Shown piece after piece: positions 9,192 to 16,967 of a stretch of 24,203 nt of DNA; within the stretch, counting starts at the first letter, position 1; every line of letters begins with the position of its first letter. The translations under genes were made by a program, and so were the position numbers. Origin of the DNA: a virus (Duplodnaviria; Caudoviricetes); IMG/VR virus record IMGVR_UViG_3300031519_000220, positions 1 to 24,203 of that record; one strand, 5' to 3'. The notes under the pieces were generated by a model. It made no database searches. It was not told where the DNA came from and saw only the letters and a program-made list of their open reading frames with translations.

Positions 9192-9590
9192 ATGAATAAA
9201 AAAAGAAAGTATGTTAAGAAAACAGAGGCAAAAAAAGAACAGAATCAAGAGATGGAAATCGCTGATGGAGTAAGCACGGAAGGAAGCCATCAAACATTAA
9301 GCGAAATCCTTGGTCAGAAACAAAAGAATCCATTTGAGGTATCCAGCTCTTCGGAGCTTGATGATAAGATGTCAAACATGACACTAATAGATCTTCAGAA
9401 ATTAGCTGTAAAAGCTGGGGTGTTTCCGTCAGGAACAAAACCATCCTTGAAGACAAAGATTCAAAAAGCTTATTCTGCAGCCAATAGGGGGGCAGGAAGG
9501 ATTACTCCTGCTCCAAGTAATCCAATCATGGACCCAAGGTCAAAAGAGGGCATAGAGGCCGCCAGGAAGCTTAAAGAGCTATTGTCGTAA
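9192..9590 (+). CDS. Hypothetical protein with SAP/HeH-like motif
   Basis: MTLIDLQKLAVKAGVFPSGTKPSLKTKI resembles the helix-extension-helix SAP/Rho-N pattern; SD-like AAGGA upstream. Confidence 0.6.
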   Translation: MNKKRKYVKKTEAKKEQNQEMEIADGVSTEGSHQTLSEILGQKQKNPFEVSSSSELDDKMSNMTLIDLQKLAVKAGVFPSGTKPSLKTKIQKAYSAANRGAGRITPAPSNPIMDPRSKEGIEAARKLKELLS

Positions 9591-10231
9591 TGGGCTATAC
9601 CCAGATAGGTAATATAGCATCAGGAATTCTTCAATATCAGTTCGATTATATCACTGGTGCTGAAGAGCAATCCATAGAGCTAAATTTAATATCTGGATCG
9701 CTGAATGGACTAGTTGGAGATTTAAACAATCAATTGAATCAGAATTTTGATATACTAGATGGAGAGGTTTACCCAAAACTTCAAAATGTAGAAATCTCAA
9801 TACTTGAAGATTTATATCTCAGAGACTACAATAATAAGCAGGCCTCAAAGTTACTAAGAGGAGTATATACTACAGATACCGCTGGATCAATTGGGGGAGA
9901 AGCGGATTGGGTAGAAATTAGCGAGGGCGATACCACTATTAGAAGATCTGCGAATTCGAGCGCAAATAGTGCATCCACACGAATTACTTTATCGAGAGAG
10001 TTTAAAAATCTATCCGCAGAAGCAGCTCAAAGAATTAAAGAAGGGGTGTATTCATACAATATGTATGGGGCGTCACCAAGGCAGGTAGCTGGATCGGATG
10101 GATTAAATACAGGAAAAAAGGCTACAAAACATGTAGACTGTGAGCCAACTCCAACTCCTAGTCCTAGTCCATCTCCTAGTCCATCTCCTAGTCCGACTCC
10201 TAGTCCGACTCCGACCCCTACAGCGACTTAA
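9590..10231 (+). CDS. Probable head-tail adaptor with C-terminal Pro-Ser/Thr repeat
   Basis: Position after MCP; helical N-terminus and WVEISEGDTTIRR beta-hairpin typical of adaptor proteins; coupled to the upstream gene via TAATG. Confidence 0.55.
   Translation: MGYTQIGNIASGILQYQFDYITGAEEQSIELNLISGSLNGLVGDLNNQLNQNFDILDGEVYPKLQNVEISILEDLYLRDYNNKQASKLLRGVYTTDTAGSIGGEADWVEISEGDTTIRRSANSSANSASTRITLSREFKNLSAEAAQRIKEGVYSYNMYGASPRQVAGSDGLNTGKKATKHVDCEPTPTPSPSPSPSPSPSPTPSPTPTPTAT
10145..10228 (+). repeat. Low-complexity (PS/PT)n coding repeat
   Basis: CCA ACT CCA ACT CCT AGT CCT AGT CCA TCT... encodes PTPTPSPSPSPSPSPSPTPSPTPTPTAT. Confidence 0.9.
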
Positions 10232-11217
10232 ATTCCATGAAGATCCATTAGGTCTTTCATTGAAAGGCTTCCTCCTTTCTTTTCAGCTTCTTCATGTAGG
10301 TTTTTATCGCTTTGTTTCTTTTCCACACCAAGATACTCAAGATCTTCATTTGTCGCACCCATAATGGTTGATGCTCCAGCTTCTGGATTAGTCAGTTGGT
10401 CTTTAGCTTTTTCTCTAGCGCTATCAGATGCATTTCCAAAATCAAGTAGGGCATCTGGGTCTTTTCTTATTTTTTCTGGGATATTATCGTATCTTTCAAA
10501 AATATTTTTAAATATTCTTGTATAAACAATGGTTTTCAATTGATTATCGGTTAAATCAACGATAGGCTTTCCGAAAAAAGAAACTGGATCGTCACAAAAA
10601 GGAAAATAAATATAAAAGAAATCCTGTAAAATAAGAAGCTTAATATTTTTTTCAGAAAATTTTCCTGAAATATCATTGTAGCTCATTATATATTTAGACA
10701 TAGATTCGGCATCAAGGTCTACAACCTCATTGCCTTTAAAAACTGTATCAGATAAAGCCTTATCCTTAAAGAAAGAATTTAAAATATAGAAATCATTTGC
10801 TCTGCTGCTGGCAAATCTTTCTGCAGTGTGGCCAATAATTTCTTGTTTTTGTATTAGCTTCTCGTTGAGTTTTTCTCGCTCAATCCTCACTGTTTCATTA
10901 TGGGCATCAATTGAGCTTTTAAGATACAAAGCCTTCTTGCTGTTGACTAAATTAGCAATGAATTCAGTTTGTCTCTCTATAAAAATATCGTCATCTTTTT
11001 CCCAGAACCCTTCTTCTATCTGAAAATCGAGGTTCTCTCTTTCTGTAGGAACACCTTTTTTAATGGCATGGCTTAGGTGCTTTTGGTAAACTTGATTATA
11101 CTCTACTTGATCATGAGTAGAGAAATGTTTAATATACACCTTTTTTCCATCTATGTAAGATTCCGAAACACCGATGCTTATATCTCTAAATAAGAGCCTT
11201 GCATCTTCAATTTCCAT
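10228..11217 (-). CDS. Hypothetical protein, candidate tail assembly chaperone (paralog of 11236..12003)
   Basis: 329 aa ORF; shares AIKKGVPT and IIGHTAERFA...FYILNSFF with its neighbour's CIKRGILT and LFNHTADIKA...WYMINLTY. The function is inference. Confidence 0.6.
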   Translation of the reverse strand: MEIEDARLLFRDISIGVSESYIDGKKVYIKHFSTHDQVEYNQVYQKHLSHAIKKGVPTERENLDFQIEEGFWEKDDDIFIERQTEFIANLVNSKKALYLKSSIDAHNETVRIEREKLNEKLIQKQEIIGHTAERFASSRANDFYILNSFFKDKALSDTVFKGNEVVDLDAESMSKYIMSYNDISGKFSEKNIKLLILQDFFYIYFPFCDDPVSFFGKPIVDLTDNQLKTIVYTRIFKNIFERYDNIPEKIRKDPDALLDFGNASDSAREKAKDQLTNPEAGASTIMGATNEDLEYLGVEKKQSDKNLHEEAEKKGGSLSMKDLMDLHGI

Positions 11218-11235
11218 TTACAAAATATGGAACAC

Positions 11236-12003
11236 TTAGATTTTATCTTCTTCTAAATCTTTTTCTAATGATTTAAAGTCTTCTTCTGTTGCATTTGTAC
11301 TAAAATACCAAAAACTAAGAAAAGAAAGAAGCTTAGATCTTAAAGATTCATAAAATTCATCTTCTGACTCTTCTTTTTCATAATAAGAATCTTCTTTTTC
11401 TTCAGCAGTATCTCCTTTAAATAAAGGCTCGTAAAAATCATCTTCATCACTATCTTTTTTTACATAAGTAAGATTTATCATATACCAAAGCAAAGATTTA
11501 TTCTGAGCTTTAATATCTGCAGTATGATTAAATAAAGCTTGGTAAGAAGATTCAAGATCAACAATCCTTTTCCTTGTGTTAATCATATCTTCATCAATTT
11601 CGCTACCCTTCTTTTTATCTGAAGAATTTTTTGTCTTTTTTATATCTAGCTTTAGCCATTTGTTTTGCATTTCGGCAAGTTTAGCATAAAGCCTGGTGAG
11701 TTCTAGGGCATCTTCTTCTGATAGTAAGCCTCCAGTATCAGAGTACTTTTTAGCAAGCATTGCTTTGGTTAAGATCCCCCTCTTAATGCATCTACTCATT
11801 TCGACACTAAATTCCATGTCGGCATCTTCGACTTGTCTTCTGGTAGGCTGGCTTATTCTTATCCTGTGAAGGACATCTTCTTCTACGGTTGAAGTTTCTT
11901 TAACTTCCTCCATCTTCCCAGTCTCTTTATTTTTTCTTTTTTTTGTAGATTCTTTTTCTACTTCTTCTTTTTTATCTACTGTAAATGAGTATACTTCTTT
12001 CAT
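11236..12003 (-). CDS. Hypothetical protein, candidate tail assembly chaperone
   Basis: 255 aa charged helical protein in the inverted cassette. The ORF is solid; the function is inferred. Confidence 0.6.
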   Translation of the reverse strand: MKEVYSFTVDKKEEVEKESTKKRKNKETGKMEEVKETSTVEEDVLHRIRISQPTRRQVEDADMEFSVEMSRCIKRGILTKAMLAKKYSDTGGLLSEEDALELTRLYAKLAEMQNKWLKLDIKKTKNSSDKKKGSEIDEDMINTRKRIVDLESSYQALFNHTADIKAQNKSLLWYMINLTYVKKDSDEDDFYEPLFKGDTAEEKEDSYYEKEESEDEFYESLRSKLLSFLSFWYFSTNATEEDFKSLEKDLEEDKI

Positions 12004-12007
12004 GGTA

Positions 12008-12295
12008 TTATTTGAATTTAAAGCTAATTATAAATTTATCTGAATCGTTTTCAATATTTCTCATAGCATTATTGCCATAATCTAAGATTTTCTTTCTTAG
12101 GTACTTTCTTTTTTCCTCGCCGAAATAATCAGATTGAGATACTAAGCTATGATAGTCCGATGGAATAGATTCGTAAAGTTTCTTAAAGTTAATAGAGTGA
12201 TCTATATGCAAGTCCTCTATAAGAGTCAAGAAGTCAACAAATAGTTTCTTGGTATTATCCTTGAGCTCTAAACTTAACATTTTTTCTGCGTCCAT
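12008..12295 (-). CDS. Hypothetical protein, first gene of inverted cassette
   Basis: 95 aa ORF, ATG 6 nt downstream of a -10 box, tightly packed with the next gene. Confidence 0.7.
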   Translation of the reverse strand: MDAEKMLSLELKDNTKKLFVDFLTLIEDLHIDHSINFKKLYESIPSDYHSLVSQSDYFGEEKRKYLRKKILDYGNNAMRNIENDSDKFIISFKFK

Positions 12296-12301
12296 TTAAA
12301 T

Positions 12302-12330
12302 ATAATAATAAAAATTAAACGATTTTTCAA
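12302..12330 (-). promoter_or_regulatory. sigma70-type promoter, probably leaderless
   Basis: Minus strand reads TTGAAA (12330-12325), 17 bp, TATTAT (12307-12302), 6 nt, ATG (12295). Confidence 0.65.
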
Positions 12331-12335
12331 TATAT

Positions 12336-12349
12336 GTGTAATAAATAAT
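12336..12349 (+). promoter_or_regulatory. GTGTA motif, putative late promoter
   Basis: GTGTAATAAATAAT directly followed by ATG 12350. Confidence 0.55.
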
Positions 12350-12823
12350 ATGGCTTCATTGATTAATAACAATTTAAAAGCTGCAATTGAGCAAGCGATA
12401 GATGACATGCATGAAACTTTTGCTAGATCAATAATTGCCTATAAAGACTCTAAAAGAGTAATAATTAGTACAAATGAAGATTATAATTATTTGTATAAAA
12501 ATGTAAACGGAAGTATAGAGGAATCAATACAGCATACTGTTCAATTTGATACATTTAAAGCTAGAATACTTTATGCCGACAAACAAGGCCAGCAAATGAT
12601 CGATGGAGATGCAACGGCATCAATAAAGGTTGAAAGGCCAATTGGCGAAGTAAGAATAAAAGTTGACCAAGCGGGGTACGATTACATAAAAGATGCTAAA
12701 AGGATAGAAATAGACGGGACTTTATTCTATAAAAATTCCGATGTAAGGAAACACGGACTTCTATCCCCTAGGTATTATACATACTATTTAAGTCCTACAG
12801 ATTCCTTAGAAGATAGTGAGTAA
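12350..12823 (+). CDS. Probable head closure (stopper) protein
   Basis: 157 aa beta-rich (RIEIDGTLFY; YYTYYL), in the neck position. Confidence 0.5.
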   Translation: MASLINNNLKAAIEQAIDDMHETFARSIIAYKDSKRVIISTNEDYNYLYKNVNGSIEESIQHTVQFDTFKARILYADKQGQQMIDGDATASIKVERPIGEVRIKVDQAGYDYIKDAKRIEIDGTLFYKNSDVRKHGLLSPRYYTYYLSPTDSLEDSE

Positions 12824-13424
12824 AGTAAAAGTTACAGTTAACCAAGTTGGGCTATCCAAGGAAATAAAGTCTAAAGTACACTTAGATAAAAACCTGAACA
12901 AAGAAGTAGAACAACAAGGAAGAAGGAATTTTGAAAAAATAAAAAAAGATTTCATTTCAGAATTTTTAACTCATCCAGTAACAAGGGCAATAGAAGGGTC
13001 TGGCAGCTCAATAGGAATAATAAGTTATGGAGACCTAAGGTCTTTTATTGGCTTTGACAACGGCACGAATCCGATAGCTCCAATAGAAAAGATATTGCAA
13101 GATAAACTTTTCGTAAAGTATGTAGATTTCAACAGAAGAGGGAGGGCCAAGTTTTTTATTAATATTCCGTCAGAGGAAGAAATAGTGGAAGTCAGCCCAA
13201 TGCCCTGGGCTGGAGGGATAAGCTGGGCAAAAGGGATAGAAAACGGAATACCAAATTTTGGAAAATATTTAAACAGGCAAGGGTTAGGCATGTCAAGGTC
13301 TGGGGAAGGTATACAGGTAAAAAACGATATCAGGAAATCGAAATTCACACCAAAGCCATATGTCTTTAAAATGTTAAATAAATACTTAAAGATATTCAAT
13401 AAGTCTGGATTTTTGCTAAACTAA
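12816..13424 (+). CDS. Probable neck / tail completion protein (HK97 gp10-like position)
   Basis: 202 aa basic protein with WAKGIENG and C-terminal PKPY; GTG start overlapping the previous gene. Confidence 0.5.
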   Translation: MSKVKVTVNQVGLSKEIKSKVHLDKNLNKEVEQQGRRNFEKIKKDFISEFLTHPVTRAIEGSGSSIGIISYGDLRSFIGFDNGTNPIAPIEKILQDKLFVKYVDFNRRGRAKFFINIPSEEEIVEVSPMPWAGGISWAKGIENGIPNFGKYLNRQGLGMSRSGEGIQVKNDIRKSKFTPKPYVFKMLNKYLKIFNKSGFLLN

Positions 13425-14296
13425 TGAAACCTTTATTCCAACATAAAGCTACAACAAGCTTCGCAATGTGGTTTGATAACTATTTATCATGCCATGCTGA
13501 TTCTTTTAAAAATAAAACTGGAGTTCTATACCCTCAGGATGATGATAGATTGGATCCAAGATTTTCATCTTATGCCTCTCCCTATAAACAATGGCTGTTT
13601 GATTCTGCAAATCAATCGTCTGATGTTCCTACTGGAATATATATTAATGGAGAATTAATAGAAAGAGGCCAGAGTGGAATGTCAATAGATTTTGATAATG
13701 GAAGAGTGTTAATTGGCTCAGAATATAAAAATGAAATAAATGAAGTAAGCGGTTCGTTTTCAGTAAAAGATATAAATATTTATTTAGCAGATCAATCTGA
13801 AGAAAGCTTGATTATAGAAAACAAATACGACCTGAATAGTAGGTTTAGGCAGTCAACCTCAGGAATAAATCCTTATGATCAAGTTATACCAGCAGCATTT
13901 ATATCAATGGAACAAAGCAATAATACTCCAATTGCCTTTGGAGGGGAAGATAAAACAACTTTAAGTTATAGGTCAGTTATTTTTGCGGAAAATCTTTATT
14001 TTTTGGACGGAGCAATATCTTTATTTACTGATTCTAAAAATTCATCCTTTCCAGATATCGGATTTACAGGATACCCGCTTAATGAGAAAGGAGATCTAAA
14101 GGCTGAATTTACTGGTGAAGGGTATAGCTACTCAGAGCAGTGTAAGAATTATCAAGGAAGCAATATGTTTTACATAGAAAACGTTTACGCATCAAAAATA
14201 AACGACAGAGTTAATTCCCAAATGAACCCTGGAACATTCTTGGGGTTTATTGATTTTGAGGTTTCAATGTTTAGATTTCCAGGGCAATCAAAATAA
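13424..14296 (+). CDS. Probable tail terminator / tail completion protein
   Basis: 290 aa immediately before the tail tube; PAAFISME...AFGGED segment typical of terminator-like proteins; TAATG coupling. Confidence 0.5.
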   Translation: MKPLFQHKATTSFAMWFDNYLSCHADSFKNKTGVLYPQDDDRLDPRFSSYASPYKQWLFDSANQSSDVPTGIYINGELIERGQSGMSIDFDNGRVLIGSEYKNEINEVSGSFSVKDINIYLADQSEESLIIENKYDLNSRFRQSTSGINPYDQVIPAAFISMEQSNNTPIAFGGEDKTTLSYRSVIFAENLYFLDGAISLFTDSKNSSFPDIGFTGYPLNEKGDLKAEFTGEGYSYSEQCKNYQGSNMFYIENVYASKINDRVNSQMNPGTFLGFIDFEVSMFRFPGQSK

Positions 14297-14376
14297 TGGA
14301 AAAATATTTTCCCAAAACGATAAAAAAAATGTATATATAGACAAAGATTTCATTTTCAACCTAAACAAGAAAAATT

Positions 14377-15726
14377 ATGGCTACTTCAAGAAACAGAGTT
14401 ATTTATCAAAGCGAGGCACTCTTTGTGGGTGCGGCGGCTACGGGATATCATGCGACAGGCGAACACATTGCTGCGGGTGCTCCAGGGGTTAATCCAGGAT
14501 TAGATTGGACCACCGACGGTTCCATTAATGAGGCATCAGCGGCAGAAAGAGTAGATGCTGAGTCTATGTACACAGGTATTGGCTCAAATACAATTGTCAG
14601 GCAACTTAAACGTGTCCAAAATGCGAATTATAGTTTTACTGTTAATAGAACTGATGTAAATCAATTCGGCCAGCTTTCAAGAATTGATAGTCTGGTAACA
14701 GAAACCCCAACGGTGTCTTTAGATTTTAGTTATCTCTTGACTGATGGAGAAAACGAAAGGCTTCTCAATTTTGCAGTTAATGGGGCAACGAACTCTCTTA
14801 GTGGACAAATGGATCCAATAGTCGGAGGAAAAGGTCAAAACTTTTTCATTCTTACTGTCCCAGAAGGACAAGATGCAGTCAAAGGAGACAAACTTAAACC
14901 TGCAAGCAATACAGTTATATCTTTAGGTAACGGATTTGTTTCTGATTACTCAGTAGAAGCTGCAGTAGGTGCATTGCCAACTGCTTCTCTTACAGTAGAG
15001 GGATTCAATATTAAAAGTAACACGAACCTTACTGGAGATTCGACAGCTGGACAAGACGGTGGTTTTGGTACTGGAGTAATGACTCCCGCTATCGATCCAA
15101 ATGATGGAAGCAAGGTATGCTCTCGCTGGTTTGCTCTTCCACAAGCAGAAACAGGTGACGGAGTTACTGCTCTTCGCCCAGGCGACATTACTTTGGATCT
15201 GCAAAATGCAGCATTGTTCTCCAAGCAAGTTGATGGAAATGCAAACAACTTGATACCTGGAGCAGCTCATGTTCAGTCGGTTTCAATTAGTGTTCCTATG
15301 GCTCGTTCAGTCTTACAAAGACTTGGAAACACTTTCGGATTCTCGAGAGAGATTGATTTCCCAGTGAATGTTACTATTTCAGTAAATGCTCTTGTATCTG
15401 AACTTAAAGACGGAGACATGCTCGATCTTCTTTGCGGAGATGATGCAAAGGATCTCAAGATTACCTTGAGGAACCCAGAGTGTGTTACCTGTGAGAGAGG
15501 AGAAAGCGCAGTAGGAATGGTCTTTGAAGTCAAAGGTGCTATTCTTGAAAGCGAATCTTACTCTTCCTCTATTGGAGATAACAAGTCGGTTGATCTTACT
15601 TTTACCGCTCAGATCGGTGGAGCAACAGACACGACCAAGGGTTTATTTATCTCTGGATCAACAACCCATGGTAAAATGCCAAGATACTGGGATGATAGTG
15701 ATATGTTCATAAACGACGGTTATTGA
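14377..15726 (+). CDS. Major tail tube protein
   Basis: 449 aa, G/S/T/A-rich and beta-rich, with two internal tube-like repeats (RVQNANYSFTVNR..FG / HVQSVSISVPMAR..LG); followed by a strong terminator, as MCP is. Confidence 0.75.
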   Translation: MATSRNRVIYQSEALFVGAAATGYHATGEHIAAGAPGVNPGLDWTTDGSINEASAAERVDAESMYTGIGSNTIVRQLKRVQNANYSFTVNRTDVNQFGQLSRIDSLVTETPTVSLDFSYLLTDGENERLLNFAVNGATNSLSGQMDPIVGGKGQNFFILTVPEGQDAVKGDKLKPASNTVISLGNGFVSDYSVEAAVGALPTASLTVEGFNIKSNTNLTGDSTAGQDGGFGTGVMTPAIDPNDGSKVCSRWFALPQAETGDGVTALRPGDITLDLQNAALFSKQVDGNANNLIPGAAHVQSVSISVPMARSVLQRLGNTFGFSREIDFPVNVTISVNALVSELKDGDMLDLLCGDDAKDLKITLRNPECVTCERGESAVGMVFEVKGAILESESYSSSIGDNKSVDLTFTAQIGGATDTTKGLFISGSTTHGKMPRYWDDSDMFINDGY

Positions 15727-15745
15727 TAATAATCACATAACTTTT

Positions 15746-15777
15746 AAAAAGGGGAGCGTTAATGCTCCCCTTTTTTT
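15746..15777 (+). terminator. Rho-independent terminator
   Basis: AAAAA-GGGGAGC-GTTAAT-GCTCCCC-TTTTTTT. Confidence 0.9.
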
Positions 15778-15786
15778 GGTTTTAAT

Positions 15787-15803
15787 GTGTATATAACTTT
15801 ATA
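15787..15803 (+). promoter_or_regulatory. GTGTA motif, putative late promoter
   Basis: GTGTATATAACTTTATA just after the terminator, starting 22 nt before ATG 15809. Confidence 0.5.
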
Positions 15804-15808
15804 GTAAA

Positions 15809-16939
15809 ATGATGAGAAACTCTATAAAGTATAATACCATAGGTATGCTTGTAAGCAAAAGTCCAGGATTTAATCCTATTGATACTGGAATATACCAGTT
15901 AAATAGGGTGCAAAACTCAGAGTACTCAATATCTGTGAATAGGCAAAATATATCTCATATTGGGGATGACGATTTTTTAGTAAGAAAAATATATTCAGCA
16001 CCAACTGTAGAGTTTAGTTGCACATATTTGTCTACTGATGGGAAAAACGAGCACAACTTAGGATTTAACATCGCTAGATCTGGAGACTCCTTACCAGTAG
16101 ATACCTTTACGAGCGGCATAGATAAAGATATAAATTTATTTGCAATAGTTTCTCAACCTCAGCAAGATTTTAATTTTTTAACTGGGGACAGTTTGTCTGG
16201 ACTAGATGCCATTGGAATAGGGAATTGCTTTTTAAAGAATTATTCAATGAACGCAACAGTAGGATCCTTCGTTTTAACTAATTTAACTTTTGATGGATCA
16301 CATATAAGGTATGATAAATTTGGAGATCACGAATTTAACGGAGAAAAAATGGATATACCGAACCCTTCGGTAAACAGAATTGGCGACGGAGATTATAGTG
16401 TGGTTTCGGGATTTAACTTTGATGGATGGGAAGCTTCTTCTGGCATTAGTGCAATTAATCATGGATCTCTATCAATGAATCTGCCTGATTCTGCCCTGGA
16501 TATAGGGGGATCAGAATCAGATATCAGCATTCAATCTTTCGATATAAATATTCCTATAGAAAGAATAGACTTTGATGGACTGGGTTCTAACTATAAATAT
16601 TTTAGAAAAATAAATTACCCGCTGCTTGGTACATTAAGTGTAAGTGCATTAGCAAGCGATTTTGAAACAGGCATTCTAGATAGAATAATATGTAACGATA
16701 AAGAATACACCGTAGAAATATCAGTAGACAGAAGTGTTTGCTCTACAATATTTGCATGTGGGGGAGAGGGTGTAAGCGATAAAGCTATGAAATTTAAAAT
16801 TAATGGATTACTATTAGACTCTTATTCTTTTTCTAATTCAATAGGGAAAGGCCAAAACTCTTCTGTAAATTTAAATTATTCATTCTCTATAACAAAAAAT
16901 AAAAGAAAGGGTATTTTTGCTAGTGGAAGCTTCAATTAA
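15809..16939 (+). CDS. Minor tail tube-like protein (paralog of 14377..15726)
   Basis: Collinear similarity: QLNRVQNSEYSISVNR vs QLKRVQNANYSFTVNR; YLSTDGKNE vs YLLTDGENE; GIGNCFLKNYS vs SLGNGFVSDYS; SYSFSNSIG vs SESYSSSIG. Confidence 0.75.
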   Translation: MMRNSIKYNTIGMLVSKSPGFNPIDTGIYQLNRVQNSEYSISVNRQNISHIGDDDFLVRKIYSAPTVEFSCTYLSTDGKNEHNLGFNIARSGDSLPVDTFTSGIDKDINLFAIVSQPQQDFNFLTGDSLSGLDAIGIGNCFLKNYSMNATVGSFVLTNLTFDGSHIRYDKFGDHEFNGEKMDIPNPSVNRIGDGDYSVVSGFNFDGWEASSGISAINHGSLSMNLPDSALDIGGSESDISIQSFDINIPIERIDFDGLGSNYKYFRKINYPLLGTLSVSALASDFETGILDRIICNDKEYTVEISVDRSVCSTIFACGGEGVSDKAMKFKINGLLLDSYSFSNSIGKGQNSSVNLNYSFSITKNKRKGIFASGSFN

Positions 16940-16941
16940 AA

Positions 16942-16956
16942 GTGTACTAGTATATA
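16942..16956 (+). promoter_or_regulatory. GTGTA motif, putative late promoter (tape measure)
   Basis: GTGTACTAGTATATA followed by AGGAATAAGGT-ATG (16968). Confidence 0.5.
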
Positions 16957-16967
16957 AGGAATAAGGT

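Noticed and set aside
3244-15712. Short alternative-frame and antisense ORFs overlapping portal, protease, capsid, neck and tail genes (e.g. 3244..3567, 4942..5220, 6249..6533, 8604..8960, 13025..13399, 14946..15533)
   Set aside because: They are nested in or largely overlap well-supported genes, have atypical composition and lack their own expression signals.
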